Shown here: piece after piece, positions 62,971 to 64,000 of the stretch
Layout: every line of letters starts with the position of its first letter
How positions within the stretch are numbered: position 1 is the stretch's first letter
DNA from: Chiloscyllium plagiosum
Lineage: Eukaryota
Reading direction: 5' to 3'
DNA length: 64,000 nt
NCBI RefSeq assembly: GCF_004010195.1
Contig: NC_057719.1
Coordinates: 38,178,097-38,242,096 of the forward strand
The notes under the pieces: model-generated
Told to the model about the DNA's origin: nothing
The model's input: only the letters and a program-made list of their open reading frames with translations
The model's database searches: none
Program-made: the position numbers and the translations under genes

Positions 62971-64000
62971 TTCTGAACAATCAATGTTTCTCAGTTATTT
63001 CTTCTTCACAAGAGTTAAATGGAATGATGAATGCAGGTTCTAGTCCATCTTAATTTTAACACATTGCTCATTCTAATTTTATTTAAAATCTCAACTAGTA
63101 TTTTAATTATTCTGGAACTATCAAGGCAAAGCAACTGCTGATATGGGATGTTAAAGCAAATGAAAAAGGATTTGAATGGAGATACTATCTGATACCTTCT
63201 TGTTTTCTAGAACTATTGGCTGACTTACTATGTATTTCCACACTTATTACATTTCTTTTAGCAAAACTACATCATCATTTTAATTTTTACATGCTCCTTT
63301 TATCTCAAACTTGCACAGCAACCAGCCTAGATTGGTTTGGGCCAGATATTCCTCCTGACTACCATTATTATTTTGTTCATTCATGGCACGTAGGAGTCAC
63401 TGATGTTACCAGTATTTATTCCCCATCACTTGGGGAATACTGTTGCCCTTGGGAAGGAATTCATAAGCCAGCTCTTGGAACTCCACTGTTCATGTGGTCA
63501 GTGAGAATCCTAGGCTGCTACTGGTGGGGGTATCAGCAACGTGTTAAGGTTTGATAGTGGATTTGGTGGGATGTAACAGAAGAACTCCATGGCTTAGGTG
63601 ATCCAAATTAACACATTTATTAGTGGTAACATATTTTAAGTGGAGGTAAACATTAAACAGTAACTGTATATATTAAGCAGTAAATATATGTAAAGCAAAT
63701 AAACATATAAAATAGTAAATGTGTATCGACAATGAGTCTCACGCCCTTACAGCCATCAGGGACTCTGCTTTACGACAGCAGGTCTGGAGAGCATGGGGTT
63801 TCTGGCACTTTTTGCCAATCCTGGTCCGAGGTGAAGTCCAATCGCAAATGCATCCAGTTGGCAACCAACGTCACTGCCTTCATACAGTCACAAAGCCCAG
63901 CCTGAGATGAGGTCCACTAAATGCGGCAAATATTAATACTATTCTGAATCTATGGTTACAACCTGTATCACCATTTTGTGGCACTTCCAGCACTTTTCCA

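Noticed and set aside
34000..64000. A downstream neighbour gene or promoter
   Set aside because: No CpG island or recognisable host exons found; small exons could have been missed by eye.
63570..64000. Possible LTR at the window end (and a similar AT-rich stretch near 1200-1500)
   Set aside because: Only a TGT start and an antisense polyA signal; no second boundary or TSD to support it.

Overview
Eukaryotic, repeat-rich, CpG-depleted vertebrate DNA. The repeat set (CR1 LINEs, HE1/V-type and Deu-type SINEs, Penelope-type terminal repeats) points to a cartilaginous fish, most likely a shark (inference). The only host gene found is the 3' part of REST corepressor 1 (rcor1/CoREST) on the + strand: eight coding exons (3763-31387) covering the end of ELM2, SANT1, the LSD1-binding linker, SANT2 and the RCOR1-type C-terminus, then a ~2.4 kb 3' UTR. 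The last intron appears to use a GC donor and one acceptor is a NAGNAG. The remainder is nested transposon debris. The most notable non-genic signals are: a dispersed set of Penelope-associated minimal hammerhead-ribozyme motifs (CTGANGA...GAAAC/GAAAG), intact in young palindromic, TSD-flanked intergenic copies but mutated in the copies inside the rcor1 transcript; a fold-back element in the 3' UTR; and a decayed Ty1/copia pol near 60.6-62.6 kb. There is a 963-nt N gap at 57285-58247. I found no clearly unprecedented system; the findings are unusual instances of known families. Repeat names come from motif recognition, not database searches, and repeat boundaries are approximate unless a TSD or TIR is given.
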